Source of the DNA: Alkalispirochaeta sp.
GTDB lineage: Bacteria; Spirochaetota; Spirochaetia; DSM-27196; Alkalispirochaetaceae
Assembly: GCA_965601925.1 (NCBI GenBank)
Contig: OZ271854.1
Location: 2,912,001 to 2,976,000, forward strand
DNA: 64,000 nucleotides
Direction: 5' to 3'
The translations under genes and the position numbers were made by a program. The first letter of the stretch is position 1; every line of letters starts with the position of its first letter. Of the stretch, positions 20,431 to 30,638 are shown one piece after another. The notes below the pieces were generated by a model. The model searched no databases and was not told where the DNA came from. It saw nothing but the letters and a program-made list of their open reading frames with translations.

Positions 20431-20656
20431 GGGATTGAAGGGGGCGCGCGGCGCGTCTCGCGAAGCGAGACCGGAGCGAAGCGGAGCCCCGAAAAGCCCG
20501 ATCCCCGCCACCAACCCATTCTCCGGGGAGGGCTCTCCTCTCTTTTCACGCTGCGGCGGTGGGAGCGTGAAGGGCGTCGACTTCGGGCGTTCGGCCTGCT
20601 GAGCCGGCACACACGCGGCCTCCGCCGCCCGATGAAACGGAGGCGGGGATTCGCCC
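20431..20656 (+). ncRNA. Structured non-coding element resembling the Flavo-1 RNA motif / REP-like repeat
   Basis: GGGATTGAAG...GAAAAGCCCG, long-range stem ATCCCCGCC(20501)/GGCGGGGAT(20642) followed by TCGCCC; internal GCGAAGC hairpins. Confidence 0.45.
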
Positions 20657-20711
20657 ATGCCGCTGCGACCCTCGATCCGCCGTTTCTTTCTTTATTTAAA
20701 TTCGTTTTTGT

Positions 20712-20737
20712 ATTAAAATACAATATTGTATTTTAAT
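20712..20737. promoter_or_regulatory. Perfect 26-bp palindrome, probable TetR operator
   Basis: ATTAAAATACAATATTGTATTTTAAT; related TACAATAGTGAAT at 21541 before the tetR gene. Confidence 0.75.
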
Positions 20738-20773
20738 TTTATTGCGTATATATTAATGGCAAGGAGTATGATG

Positions 20774-21490
20774 ATGCAAGCACTACGAGAGCGACTCGGG
20801 GCAAGACCCGTGGGAACGGTCCTAATCGTTGAGAGTCTATTACTATTCGTGCCCGTGGCTATCCTCGGCGCTGCAATCGACTGGCCCGCAAGTCTCTCCC
20901 GACCTGCGGGCGTCGTACTGCCGCTGATCGCGACGCGTGCGGGGGCGGTTACCGCGGGCTACTTCAGCTATTTGGTATACTCAATCCTCTTTTTCCCCAT
21001 GGCGTATCTATTAAGCGCCTACGTCGAAGGTGGGCGCATCGAGAGCGCCGCAGGAAGGATCGCCGTCGGCTTTGCCGCGTTGTCGACCCTCGCGCGTTCA
21101 ATCGGCATCGTACGCTGGCTGACGGCGATGCCCATACTCGCCGGGCGGTGGGTGGAGAGCCCCGGTCGCGACATCGAGATCGCCTACGAAACGCTCAACT
21201 CATTTGCCGGCGGCCTCGGGGAATCAGTAGGCGTGGGACTTTTTGCGGGGATGTGGGCCGCCGTTGCCGCCGTCACCATCCTGCGGCGGCGCACGCTCCC
21301 CACCTGGATCGGGTGGTTCGGTGTCGTAAGCGCGGTTGCGGTCGCCGTACCGATCATCGAGTTTTTCGGCGTGGAGCTCGGTGGTCTGATCAGCGTCACC
21401 ACGTCGGTCGTGCACGTGTGGTGGCTATGCACCGGCGTGACCCTTATCGTGATACGCGACCCGTCGGAGGCTGCGAAGGCGACGGCGTGA
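20774..21490 (+). CDS. DUF4386-like membrane protein
   Basis: Multi-TM; DWPASL, GIVRW, LGESVG, LPTWIGWFG; AAGGAG RBS. Confidence 0.7.
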   Translation: MQALRERLGARPVGTVLIVESLLLFVPVAILGAAIDWPASLSRPAGVVLPLIATRAGAVTAGYFSYLVYSILFFPMAYLLSAYVEGGRIESAAGRIAVGFAALSTLARSIGIVRWLTAMPILAGRWVESPGRDIEIAYETLNSFAGGLGESVGVGLFAGMWAAVAAVTILRRRTLPTWIGWFGVVSAVAVAVPIIEFFGVELGGLISVTTSVVHVWWLCTGVTLIVIRDPSEAAKATA

Positions 21491-21562
21491 ACCGTCGTGT
21501 GCGGGGCGGCTCGGAGTCGCCCACGCCTTTGCCTTCCGGCTACAATAGTGAATACTCATGCG

Positions 21563-22210
21563 ATGGAACCTCTCCCCAAACGCCCGCGGCGCCTGTCGCG
21601 AGAGGAAAAAAAAGCGCAGACGCGGGAACGGTTGATAGCGGCCGCCCAAGAACTCTTCGCCCGCAAAGGATTCGACGGTACCGCCGTGGATGAGATCGCC
21701 GAACTCGCGGGGTACTCCCGCGGCGCGTTTTACTCCAACTTCGCCAACAAGATCGAACTCATGCTGGCTCTGATCGAGGAAGGGTTTGACTCCGACCTCG
21801 AAGGTATCCGGCGGCTGGAGGCGCTCCGGGGAACCGATACGCTTGCGGCGGGCTATCAAGAGGCGGGCCGCGCCTTCTATGAGCGGCCCACCAACCTGCT
21901 TTGGATGCTCGAGTTCCAGTTGTCGGTTGTGCGCCACCCCGAGCTCCGGCCCGCGTACGCAGACCAACACCGCAAGCTGCGCGACGGCGTTAAGCGGCTG
22001 GTGGTGCAGCACCTTACCCGCCAAGGGCATCACGATCCCGAACGATACGGCGAGTATGCCGATCTGCTTTTGACAACTCTCACCGGGTTGAGCCTCATGA
22101 AGTTGGTCTACGGCGACGAGATCGATCCGGATCTGTTCGGCCGTGTATTCAAGACGGTCATTCGCGGTATCGAGGCCGAGGGCGACGGAGGGCCGGATGG
22201 GCGCACGTGA
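21563..22210 (+). CDS. TetR/AcrR family regulator
   Basis: TRERLIAAAQELFARKGF...AGYSRGAFYSNFANK. Confidence 0.92.
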   Translation: MEPLPKRPRRLSREEKKAQTRERLIAAAQELFARKGFDGTAVDEIAELAGYSRGAFYSNFANKIELMLALIEEGFDSDLEGIRRLEALRGTDTLAAGYQEAGRAFYERPTNLLWMLEFQLSVVRHPELRPAYADQHRKLRDGVKRLVVQHLTRQGHHDPERYGEYADLLLTTLTGLSLMKLVYGDEIDPDLFGRVFKTVIRGIEAEGDGGPDGRT

Positions 22211-23762
22211 GGATCGATTTCGCGGCTCGTGGTGTAAGGCGTTCGGTATCTACTACGTCGTGCTCCTTCTCGGTATCGGCGCCGGTACACTCTTCGACGG
22301 CGCGTTCGTGTTGCCGCTTGTCGAGATCGATGCCGCGCTGACGATTCGACAGCTCGATCGCCCCGTCCTGATCCTGCTTCGGAGCGCCGGGTTTATGGTC
22401 GTTCCAATCCTCGCCGTTCTGGGATTCTTCGTCGCCTACCTGCGTCCGATCTTCGCCTTCTTGGCACGTCCCCGCGACCCGATACCGCGCCGTGTCCTTT
22501 CGCGCGTCATCCGTGCGCCGCAGGCCTCCGGGATCGCAGCGTTTGTCGGATGGATGGCTGCGTTTGCCTTCATCACCGTCATCGACATGTTTAAGCTCGC
22601 ATTTCCCGTACCCGGAGAGCGGATCGCATACGTGCTCACGACATTCGTCGCCATGCTGGCCACGGCGATCATGAGTTTCATGACGATCTACCTAAGCTGC
22701 GACTACCTCAACCGACGGGTGATGATTCCGCTCTTCTTTCCCGAGGGACGGGTCGCGAGCCTCGGACTGGTTCGCCCGATGACCTTCGCCGCCAAGCTCT
22801 TCATCCTCTGGCTCGCGGTGAGTGTGTATCCCCTCGTCGTCCTCGGCGCCGGCTATTACCCGCGTGGAGCGGCGACAGGCATCGAGGGACGCGCATGGAT
22901 ATTCATTCTGTGGATGATTCCGATCGGCGCCCTTCTGGTGCGATCGACGGCGCAGAGTTTTCAACGACCCGTTCGCGCGCTGTTGGCCGCTACCGGTGCC
23001 ATCGAGCGCGGACACTACGACATCGACATACGCTCCGACCACAACGACGAGTTAGGCCACCTCATCGATCGTACCCTCCAGGTCGCGCGCAGCTTGGAAG
23101 AAAAGCGCATCATGACCGAGACGTTCGGAAAAGTCGTGGACCCTCGCGTTCGCGATCACCTCTTGAGCGGCAACATCGCTCTGGGCGGCGCACGGCACCA
23201 CGCAGCGGTGCTCTTTTGCGACATCAGAGGATTCACCAGCTATTCGGAGAAGCGGAGCGAAGAGGCGGTCGTCTCGGCGCTGAACGAGCACCTCGCGGCG
23301 ATGGAGCGCTGCGTCCAGGCACACGACGGCATGATTAACAAGTTCTTCGGCGACGGCTTGTTGGCGCTCTTCGGCGTGCCGGTCGCCTCGCGCAACCCCG
23401 CCGGCGAGGCGTACGACGCGGCGATTGAGATGCTGGCCGTAAACAAGCGGTTGAACGCGGCGCGGATCGGTCGCGGCGAGGCGCCGTGGCGTCTGGGGAT
23501 CGGCTTGCACTACGGGCCGGTTTTAGCGGGCAACGTCGGCTCGCCCACGCGCATGGAGTACACGGTAATCGGCGATACGGTCAATCTTGCCGCACGAATC
23601 CAGGAGTACTCCAAACGTGTGCCGGGTCAGCTGTTTTTTACCCGGGCGATACACGAGAAACTCGAAGACGCGTCTCGCCTTGCCGCCTTGATCGGGTCGG
23701 TGACGGTGCGCGGTCGCGACGAGGCGGTGGAACTGTACGCCTACCGCGACGGCGAGAACTGA
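22197..23762 (+). CDS. Membrane adenylate/guanylate cyclase (TM-HAMP-class III cyclase)
   Basis: LFCDIRGFT, KFFGDG, YTVIGDTVNLAARIQ; HAMP-like DELGHL. Confidence 0.92.
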   Translation: MGAREDRFRGSWCKAFGIYYVVLLLGIGAGTLFDGAFVLPLVEIDAALTIRQLDRPVLILLRSAGFMVVPILAVLGFFVAYLRPIFAFLARPRDPIPRRVLSRVIRAPQASGIAAFVGWMAAFAFITVIDMFKLAFPVPGERIAYVLTTFVAMLATAIMSFMTIYLSCDYLNRRVMIPLFFPEGRVASLGLVRPMTFAAKLFILWLAVSVYPLVVLGAGYYPRGAATGIEGRAWIFILWMIPIGALLVRSTAQSFQRPVRALLAATGAIERGHYDIDIRSDHNDELGHLIDRTLQVARSLEEKRIMTETFGKVVDPRVRDHLLSGNIALGGARHHAAVLFCDIRGFTSYSEKRSEEAVVSALNEHLAAMERCVQAHDGMINKFFGDGLLALFGVPVASRNPAGEAYDAAIEMLAVNKRLNAARIGRGEAPWRLGIGLHYGPVLAGNVGSPTRMEYTVIGDTVNLAARIQEYSKRVPGQLFFTRAIHEKLEDASRLAALIGSVTVRGRDEAVELYAYRDGEN

Positions 23763-23863
23763 ACCGGGCGACGGGGATACCGCGCCGACGCTTCAGTAGT
23801 CGTTACCACCGTACCTCTTAGTATCTTGTAACGACATCCATCCATATACATAGGAGCGCGACG

Positions 23864-24904
23864 ATGGAATACAGACAGCTCGGACGGTCCGGCTTCAAGG
23901 TGCCGGCACTTACCTTCGGAACCGGTACATTCGGCGGCAACAACGAGTTTTTTAAAGCGTGGGGCGGCAACGGAGTCGAGGCGGCCACGCGGCAGGTAGA
24001 CCTCTGCCTCGACGCGGGAGTGAACATGTTCGACTCCGCCGACATCTACTCCGCCGGAATGGCCGAGGAGATCTTGGGACAAGCGATCAGGGGGCGACGC
24101 GACAAAGTGCTCATTAGCACCAAGGCCACCTTCCGCCTCGGTGACGGACCCAACGACGTCGGTTCCTCGCGCTTCCACCTGATCCGGGCGGTCGAAGGCT
24201 CCTTGAAGCGCCTCGACACCGATTACATCGACCTCTTCCAGCTCCACGCCTTCGACGGCGTTACCCCGGTAGAGGAGGTGCTTTCGACATTGGACGATTT
24301 AGTCAGGGCCGGTAAGATCCGCTACATCGGGGTATCGAACTTTTCCGGCTGGCACCTCATGAAGTCCCTCTCCGTCTCGGAACGCTACGGCTGGAACCGC
24401 TACGTCGCGCACCAAGCCTACTACTCCCTGATCGGGCGCGACTACGAGTGGGAACTGATGCCCTTGGGCCTAGACCAAGGTGTCGGTTGCGTGGTGTGGA
24501 GCCCATTGGGATGGGGTCGTCTGACCGGCAAAATTCGTCGCGGCCAACCACTACCGGAGACCAGCCGTTTGCACAAAACCGCTTCGGCCGGCCCGCCGGT
24601 GGACGACGAGTATCTCTACCGCGTGGTGGATGCATTGGACGCCGTCGCCGAAGAGACCGGCAAAAGCGTGCCGCAAGTTGCGATCAACTGGTTGCTGCAG
24701 CGTCCCGGCGTGTCGACCGTCATTATCGGCGCGCGCAATGAGGCCCAGTTACGGGAAAATCTGGGTGCAATCGGGTGGAACTTGACCGCCGAACACGTTA
24801 CCGGGCTTGATCGTGCGAGCATGCCGACCATGCCGTACCCGTACTGGCACCAGTCGAGTTTCGGCGAGCGCAACCCCTTTCCGACCCTGGCGCGTGCGAC
24901 GTAA
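23864..24904 (+). CDS. Aldo/keto reductase
   Basis: MEYRQLGRSG, FDSADIYS, WSPLGWGRLTGK. Confidence 0.93.
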   Translation: MEYRQLGRSGFKVPALTFGTGTFGGNNEFFKAWGGNGVEAATRQVDLCLDAGVNMFDSADIYSAGMAEEILGQAIRGRRDKVLISTKATFRLGDGPNDVGSSRFHLIRAVEGSLKRLDTDYIDLFQLHAFDGVTPVEEVLSTLDDLVRAGKIRYIGVSNFSGWHLMKSLSVSERYGWNRYVAHQAYYSLIGRDYEWELMPLGLDQGVGCVVWSPLGWGRLTGKIRRGQPLPETSRLHKTASAGPPVDDEYLYRVVDALDAVAEETGKSVPQVAINWLLQRPGVSTVIIGARNEAQLRENLGAIGWNLTAEHVTGLDRASMPTMPYPYWHQSSFGERNPFPTLARAT

Positions 24905-24927
24905 GAGGCGACCGGCGTCGCCGACCG

Positions 24928-25713
24928 TCAGTCGACCTCCTGCATTCGCCGAACCTGTCTCAACAACGCGCGCTTCGGCATGATCGGGAGGGTGGCCATC
25001 ATCGCACGTTGCATAAACGTGACGCCGGAGACTACGTTCAGTGTTCCGCGCAACATCGCACTGTATCCGTCCTCCGCGACCGTCCGCGCCCCTGCGGTCT
25101 TGGCAAACAGGCCCGTCCGGTCCATACCGGAGGTCGCGGCGAACTCCGACTCGGTCGCTCCGGGCAACAGCGCGGTTACCGTCACCTCGGTGTCATGCAA
25201 CTCCTCGGCAATTGCGTTGCTGAACGATGTGACGTACGCCTTGGTCGCGTAGTACACCGCCTGCAACGGGCCCGGTAACAAGCCGGCGGTGGATGAGACG
25301 TTTAGGATCCGGCCCGCGTCACGCTCGACAAAGTCCGGCAGGAACAAGCGAGTGAGGGCGGTCAGTGCAACGACGTTCACGTTGAGCATCGCCAGATCAT
25401 CCTCCCACGCCCGCTCGTGAAACTTGCCGCGTCCGCCGAATCCGGCGTTATTTATCAAGTAGTCGACTTGTATACCTGCGTCGGTCACGGCGGCATGGAT
25501 CTCGGCAGCCGCCTCGACCGCGCCCAAGTCTTTGGTGATTACCGTCGCGTGGACGCCATGGGCACGCTCAAGCTCCGTCTTTAGCGCTTGGAGTTTCTCC
25601 TCACGTCGCGCGACGATCACCACGTCGCCGCCGCGTTCCGCGTGGATGCGGGCAAACTCCTTGCCGATACCGCTCGACGCGCCGGTAATCAGTGCTGTTG
25701 TCTTGGTATTCAT
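24928..25713 (-). CDS. Short-chain dehydrogenase (SDR)
   Basis: TGASSGIG, NNAG, YYATK. Confidence 0.93.
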   Translation of the reverse strand: MNTKTTALITGASSGIGKEFARIHAERGGDVVIVARREEKLQALKTELERAHGVHATVITKDLGAVEAAAEIHAAVTDAGIQVDYLINNAGFGGRGKFHERAWEDDLAMLNVNVVALTALTRLFLPDFVERDAGRILNVSSTAGLLPGPLQAVYYATKAYVTSFSNAIAEELHDTEVTVTALLPGATESEFAATSGMDRTGLFAKTAGARTVAEDGYSAMLRGTLNVVSGVTFMQRAMMATLPIMPKRALLRQVRRMQEVD

Positions 25714-25868
25714 TGCCTACTCCTCCGTTTGCATGAGACCGTACGCTCGATCTCTTGTCGTTAAATGTAGTACATGGTGGGGCGTCGGGCGCTAACCAAG
25801 CGTGCCAATCGATATGCCGATGGTGCCAGACTGTAGTCTGCGCTTCATGCCCACGCGAATGGTATGGG

Positions 25869-27158
25869 CTAAGGGACCGTCGTGAATCGTGACTGGGGGC
25901 TGGAATGAGTCATTGCCGTTCCTTGATTGTTCCAAGCCCAAACGGCCCAGAAGTACGACTGTCCGCTTTGAAGTGGCTCAGGCGGTTCGCTACTGTCGTA
26001 GTTGCGGACGCCCTGACTAAAAGAAACGCTGCCCTCGATACCGGCCGGTAATCCGGTGTGCCAAACCCATACAATATCCGACTCGTTAACTATGCGACCG
26101 TCGGACACACGTATCGGTTCGGCAAAGATTCCAGCGAATACGAGGTTCGAGTTAGTCGGTGTCCAAGAAAAGGTGGGATTTGTCGTAGATAAGACTGCAT
26201 TCTCAGCGGGCGCGGCAAGAGCAATCCGAGTTTCTCCTTCAAAAACAAGCTCGTTTGGATTGGGAATAGGTTCGTACAACACAGTCCCGAGCGGACTGAC
26301 AATGTCGTTCCCCCCTGCACAGGTACCCGTAATGGACAGTTGCTCAATCGGTACGTCCCACTCGTTGCCGACAGCAGCAATTGTACTCGATGTATCATTC
26401 AGTAGATCGCAGTCGGTATTTTCGGCTATCGTGTTCATGCCATAACTGTCGAATACGCCGAGCCACGGCGAAGATGTCGCGTAGACGCTGATACCAATGC
26501 CGTTCATTACAATTTCGTTGTTGGTAATTGTCGGCTGTGATCCAGAGGTTACGAGAACGCCATCACCATTATTGGAGATGGTATTGTTGTCCACTACCGC
26601 CTCGGCGCGGCTGCTAATCACGATTCCAAAGTCCGAGTCTTCAATCGTGCTGTTCTCAATTCGAGTCTCGGACCCAGCCTCCAAGAATACCGCCGCCCCT
26701 CCTGGACTAGACAAACTGAAGCCAGAGACTACATTGGCGCCTAGAGATACGACGGCTGCATCTAAGGGCACTCCACCGTCTGGAAAGGTGTATGTTCCCA
26801 CGCCTCGAATGGTGGCCGCTCCGTCGGACGTGCTTACGAGTCTGATGTTTTCGTCCAGAATGATAGGAAATACTTCGCCATTTGCGTCGTCATACAACCC
26901 GGGCAGAACATACACCGGACGGTTACTGCCTGCGCTGTCAACGCCGGCGCTAATCGATCTCAGTGGGAAATCCCGAGATCCGTCTCCTCTGCTGTCACTA
27001 CCTGATGTTGCCGACACGTAGATTCCCACTGGATCGTTGGGGCTTAGTGGGGCGGAACAAGAGGTCACCAATGCGAGCCCAATGACAAAGAGAAGCGACA
27101 CCGTGGTGTTGGAGACCGTTACGGATTGTCGCTTGGCAAGACGTTGGTCAGATTTCAT
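25869..27158 (-). CDS. Lipoprotein with DUF1565 / right-handed beta-helix domain
   Basis: Lipobox LVTS-C; YVSATSGSD..GDGS..FP, GEVFPI; N(T/N)I..N..G(I/V) repeats. Confidence 0.75.
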   Translation of the reverse strand: MKSDQRLAKRQSVTVSNTTVSLLFVIGLALVTSCSAPLSPNDPVGIYVSATSGSDSRGDGSRDFPLRSISAGVDSAGSNRPVYVLPGLYDDANGEVFPIILDENIRLVSTSDGAATIRGVGTYTFPDGGVPLDAAVVSLGANVVSGFSLSSPGGAAVFLEAGSETRIENSTIEDSDFGIVISSRAEAVVDNNTISNNGDGVLVTSGSQPTITNNEIVMNGIGISVYATSSPWLGVFDSYGMNTIAENTDCDLLNDTSSTIAAVGNEWDVPIEQLSITGTCAGGNDIVSPLGTVLYEPIPNPNELVFEGETRIALAAPAENAVLSTTNPTFSWTPTNSNLVFAGIFAEPIRVSDGRIVNESDIVWVWHTGLPAGIEGSVSFSQGVRNYDSSEPPEPLQSGQSYFWAVWAWNNQGTAMTHSSPQSRFTTVP

Positions 27159-28425
27159 AGCGTACTCCAAGAACGCTGATCACTGAGTTTCGGTTGTCGA
27201 TGTTGGCGCCCGGCTCGCCAAGATGTGTAAAAGCGGTATCTTCGTAGTGCCAAAAAACTAGAGAATTGCTAATTTCAACAAAAATTCCTCTTGAAATTTC
27301 CACCCCAAGATGTACGGAAGAATGAAATCCTATCTCGTTGCTATCGTTGACTTGAACGGAGGGGCCAAAAACAAAATTCAGATACGCCTCTGGTCGTACC
27401 CTGAACAGGTTGATCCCCACTTCAAACCCCGCATCAACAGTCCATTCTCTATCGCTGTTAACTACCGACGGGACCCCACTAAGTACCTGATACTCTTGCG
27501 AATGGCCGAACGTATTAAGCCTCGATTGCACGCCGTAGACAACAGAGCGTAAGTGATTCTGGCGTAGCCACGAGACGCCGACAGTGGCGGCCGGCAAAAA
27601 CTGCCATGTCGATCCTCCTGCAATCCGGACGGCGAAGCGGCTTCTGGTCGGGAGTGGACGGGGACGGTCCTCAGAAACAAAGCTTCGGTACGTCTCTGGA
27701 TTCATTAAGTTGAAGCGAGGCCATCTGCGCACTCTTCCGGGATGCTGGCCTCTTGGGGTTCTGGCAGGTTGCGTGTTCAGTAGGTATGTGAGGGGTATGG
27801 CCCAAGCTAAACCACGACCCTCATGTAGACTAGCGGATATTACACCGAGAAGTCTTCCTTGATAAAAGACTGGTGCCCCGCTGATTCCAGTATAAACCGT
27901 TATATCCATTGAAATTATCTGGATATTCTGATTAAAAATTCTTCGGCTGTCAGGACCTCTAGGCCCTCTCGAACTCCGTATTTCATCACTTGTTAGTCTG
28001 CCGTGAATCACCTCATAGTTTTCTGAGTTATATGGAACACCAATTGTAGTGACCTCAACTCCGTCGTCGTATGATGAACTATCATGGATTTCTACGTATA
28101 GATCCATCCCGTCTCTCGATAGGATCGGTTCGTCTACCTGTAGTAGTGCAAGATCATAGTCAGGATATACTGCAAGTATATCCGCGTCGTAGGTTCGCCT
28201 ACGACCTGACATGTTGAGAATGGTGATTTCTCTGGCTCCATGAATGACGTGATATGCAGTAAGTATTTGGCGATCGTTCTCGTATAGGTAGCCCGTACCA
28301 TGGTGAGTTCCATCGCCGGGTATGCGAGCTTGTACTTTGACTATTCGGTCTCGTTGAGACTGGCTACTTAGATCAGCAGTTGCAATTAAGAGTATTATAT
28401 GAAACAAAAAAAAGAATAATTTCAA
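27148..28425 (-). CDS. Exported trypsin-like serine protease with C-terminal beta-strand-rich domain
   Basis: Signal peptide; triad motifs TAYHVI, DLALL, GISGAP. Confidence 0.8.
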   Translation of the reverse strand: MKLFFFLFHIILLIATADLSSQSQRDRIVKVQARIPGDGTHHGTGYLYENDRQILTAYHVIHGAREITILNMSGRRRTYDADILAVYPDYDLALLQVDEPILSRDGMDLYVEIHDSSSYDDGVEVTTIGVPYNSENYEVIHGRLTSDEIRSSRGPRGPDSRRIFNQNIQIISMDITVYTGISGAPVFYQGRLLGVISASLHEGRGLAWAIPLTYLLNTQPARTPRGQHPGRVRRWPRFNLMNPETYRSFVSEDRPRPLPTRSRFAVRIAGGSTWQFLPAATVGVSWLRQNHLRSVVYGVQSRLNTFGHSQEYQVLSGVPSVVNSDREWTVDAGFEVGINLFRVRPEAYLNFVFGPSVQVNDSNEIGFHSSVHLGVEISRGIFVEISNSLVFWHYEDTAFTHLGEPGANIDNRNSVISVLGVRYEI

Positions 28426-28862
28426 TTTCTTTTCAAGATATTAACAATAGTATCGAGCCCGCTTTGCGGGTCCTCATCGTAGTAGCCTTGATCATAGTTG
28501 GCTAAGAAAGTCTCCACAGAGTCAGACCGTGCAGAACGCAGGTATATGCTTCGAGCGATTGAACTTTCGTCATCATCGGATGTCATGCGTAGTTCGGGGC
28601 TTGCGCTGACTATCATCGAGACAATCAGAATTACGCCAAAAAATGAGAAGAAGATTCCCGGAGCTGTCGACCTTAAAGCTAGTTGTACCTTGTCTGTCCG
28701 TACGACTAATTCGGATTGTTCAGACTTTTCGGGTTTAGCTGATGCCACACTTGCTCCAGTCCGGACTGTGAAGAGTCTGTATCCGAGATACATCGACATG
28801 GCACCAACAAATAAAACCGACGTCCTGAAAAAAGACGCGTATAACATAAAATCTCTAAACAT
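28422..28862 (-). CDS. Hypothetical two-TM membrane protein
   Basis: YLGYRLF...TAPGIFFSFFGVILIV; 4-bp overlap with the protease gene. Confidence 0.65.
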   Translation of the reverse strand: MFRDFMLYASFFRTSVLFVGAMSMYLGYRLFTVRTGASVASAKPEKSEQSELVVRTDKVQLALRSTAPGIFFSFFGVILIVSMIVSASPELRMTSDDDESSIARSIYLRSARSDSVETFLANYDQGYYDEDPQSGLDTIVNILKRN

Positions 28863-29402
28863 TTTTTACCCCCAAGCCTATAGTTAATAAACCGTATTAG
28901 ATATATTATAAGCGGTTATAATGCATAAAAAAAGGAAAAATTTACTTTTCTTGTCCAGTTGTTTCATGATTGAAACTAAGAAGATGCGCGTGTATCAGGA
29001 AGGTCTGCGACGCTGGATGGACGTAAGCCCCCGGCTGCTCGCACCGGCACTATCGGGTGCGATTCGCTTCGAGATCTTCGGTTCGGCTCGATTTTCGAGA
29101 CCGCGGGACCGACGACGGAGTGGTGCGTGTCACACTGAGCCCCTCGGTCCCGACACCGGTACCCGATTCGGTTTTGGAGTCCGCGTGGGCGACGGAAAGT
29201 GAGCCCAAGCCGTCGCCTCGACCGATATCATCCGCCGAAATCACCGCAATGGCCCCGAGGTCGACGAGTGCGCCTCCGCAACGGGAGTCGGGGAAGTGTC
29301 GCGGTGGAGCCGCCTGCGGGCGAGAAGTACTTACTGACGATGAACTCGAAGCGTATCGTTAAGGCGTTTGATTGCGGATCGACACACCTCGATACCGGCC
29401 GG

Positions 29403-30638
29403 TCACGCGTCGGGTGCAAGGGGCGTGCGAACGGTCCACATAGTAAAGGGATCGCGGCGCAGCGAAAGCTCCGCATCGATCTGGTCGGCCAGGGCTCTCA
29501 CAATACGCAGCCCTCCGGACTTTGGATCGTCGATTCCCACCGACTCGGGAATGCCGATCCCGTGGTCCTCGATGTCGACGGTAAGAACGCCCTTTCGATG
29601 GTTTAGAAAGACCCACGCCGGGCGATCGGGCAGGTCCTGGGCATAGGCGTGCTTGACGATATTGGAGAAGAGCTCATTGATAATCAGCCCGAGGGGAATC
29701 GCCGTCTCCATCTTGACCGCGACACGCTCGACACCGTCGGTCGAGATGTGGAGCGACGTGATGAGGCCGCTCCTGAGATATCCTTCGATGATCGCTTTCA
29801 CAAACGCCTCGATCTCTACAACCGAGACGCCGGCGGTTTGGTGAAACATCTCGTGCGTCTTCGCCATGGTCTGTACCCTGCGCTCCGCCTCGCCCAGAAT
29901 CTCAACGATCGACGCGTGTGATTCCCGCTGTTCTTCCTGTTGTATTGAGAGGAGACTGGCCACGATCTGTAGGCTGTTTTTGGTACGATGATGGAGCTCC
30001 CGGAGGAGGGTGGCGTTGCGGTCCCTCAGGGATTCGGCCTTTTCCAGCGCCTCGGTTCGAAGACGAACCTGTTCTTCAAAGTCAGCCTCGCGACGTTTGA
30101 TCTCATGCCACGCCGCGCGGGAAACTCCCCAAAACATCATGCATACCATTCCGGCCCCTGTGAACCATAGAATGATGAAAATCGTCGGCTGATCGGTCCA
30201 ACGAGTGACACTAATGATGACACCGGCAACGTACAACGGTATAACCGGTCCGAGCGTCAGGAGCGGACGACGAGTCAATACGTTGTACGCGAGGCCGATT
30301 GACAGCCCCACACCGAAAAAAACTAAGCTCGTTAAATCGTTCGGCTCAGAGTTGGCTGCGCTGGCACACGCATAGAAGAAGCACGAGTAAACCTGCATCC
30401 ATTGTACTATCCTGCGCCTCGAAAAGGCGGTATAGAGACCGACGGGAATCCAGATTGCGGTGAACCAAACGTCGAAATAACTCAGCGATGCGCGTAAGGA
30501 TTCATCGTAAACGGCTGTACGAGAGATGAGCGTAAGGGAAGCAGAGCCGATGGAACCGAATGCTATCGCAAGCCCGATTGTCCGCTGAAGGCGACGCATG
30601 GTCGAGTTTGCCAGCTTATGCGATGTATTCTCGTTCAT
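29403..30638 (-). CDS. Sensor histidine kinase (~6 TM + HisKA_2 + HATPase), paralog 1
   Basis: ELHHRTKNSLQ, NELFSNIVKHAY, DHGIG, GLRIV. Confidence 0.9.
   Translation of the reverse strand: MNENTSHKLANSTMRRLQRTIGLAIAFGSIGSASLTLISRTAVYDESLRASLSYFDVWFTAIWIPVGLYTAFSRRRIVQWMQVYSCFFYACASAANSEPNDLTSLVFFGVGLSIGLAYNVLTRRPLLTLGPVIPLYVAGVIISVTRWTDQPTIFIILWFTGAGMVCMMFWGVSRAAWHEIKRREADFEEQVRLRTEALEKAESLRDRNATLLRELHHRTKNSLQIVASLLSIQQEEQRESHASIVEILGEAERRVQTMAKTHEMFHQTAGVSVVEIEAFVKAIIEGYLRSGLITSLHISTDGVERVAVKMETAIPLGLIINELFSNIVKHAYAQDLPDRPAWVFLNHRKGVLTVDIEDHGIGIPESVGIDDPKSGGLRIVRALADQIDAELSLRRDPFTMWTVRTPLAPDA
29421..30055. repeat. 635-bp direct repeat, copy 1 (kinase core)
   Basis: Appears identical to 31004-31638 (offset 1583); internal ORF translations identical in several frames. 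Confidence 0.9.

Noticed and set aside
28980..29400. Intergenic stretch between the island and the kinase array as ncRNA or att site
   Set aside because: No repeat partner or convincing structure found by eye
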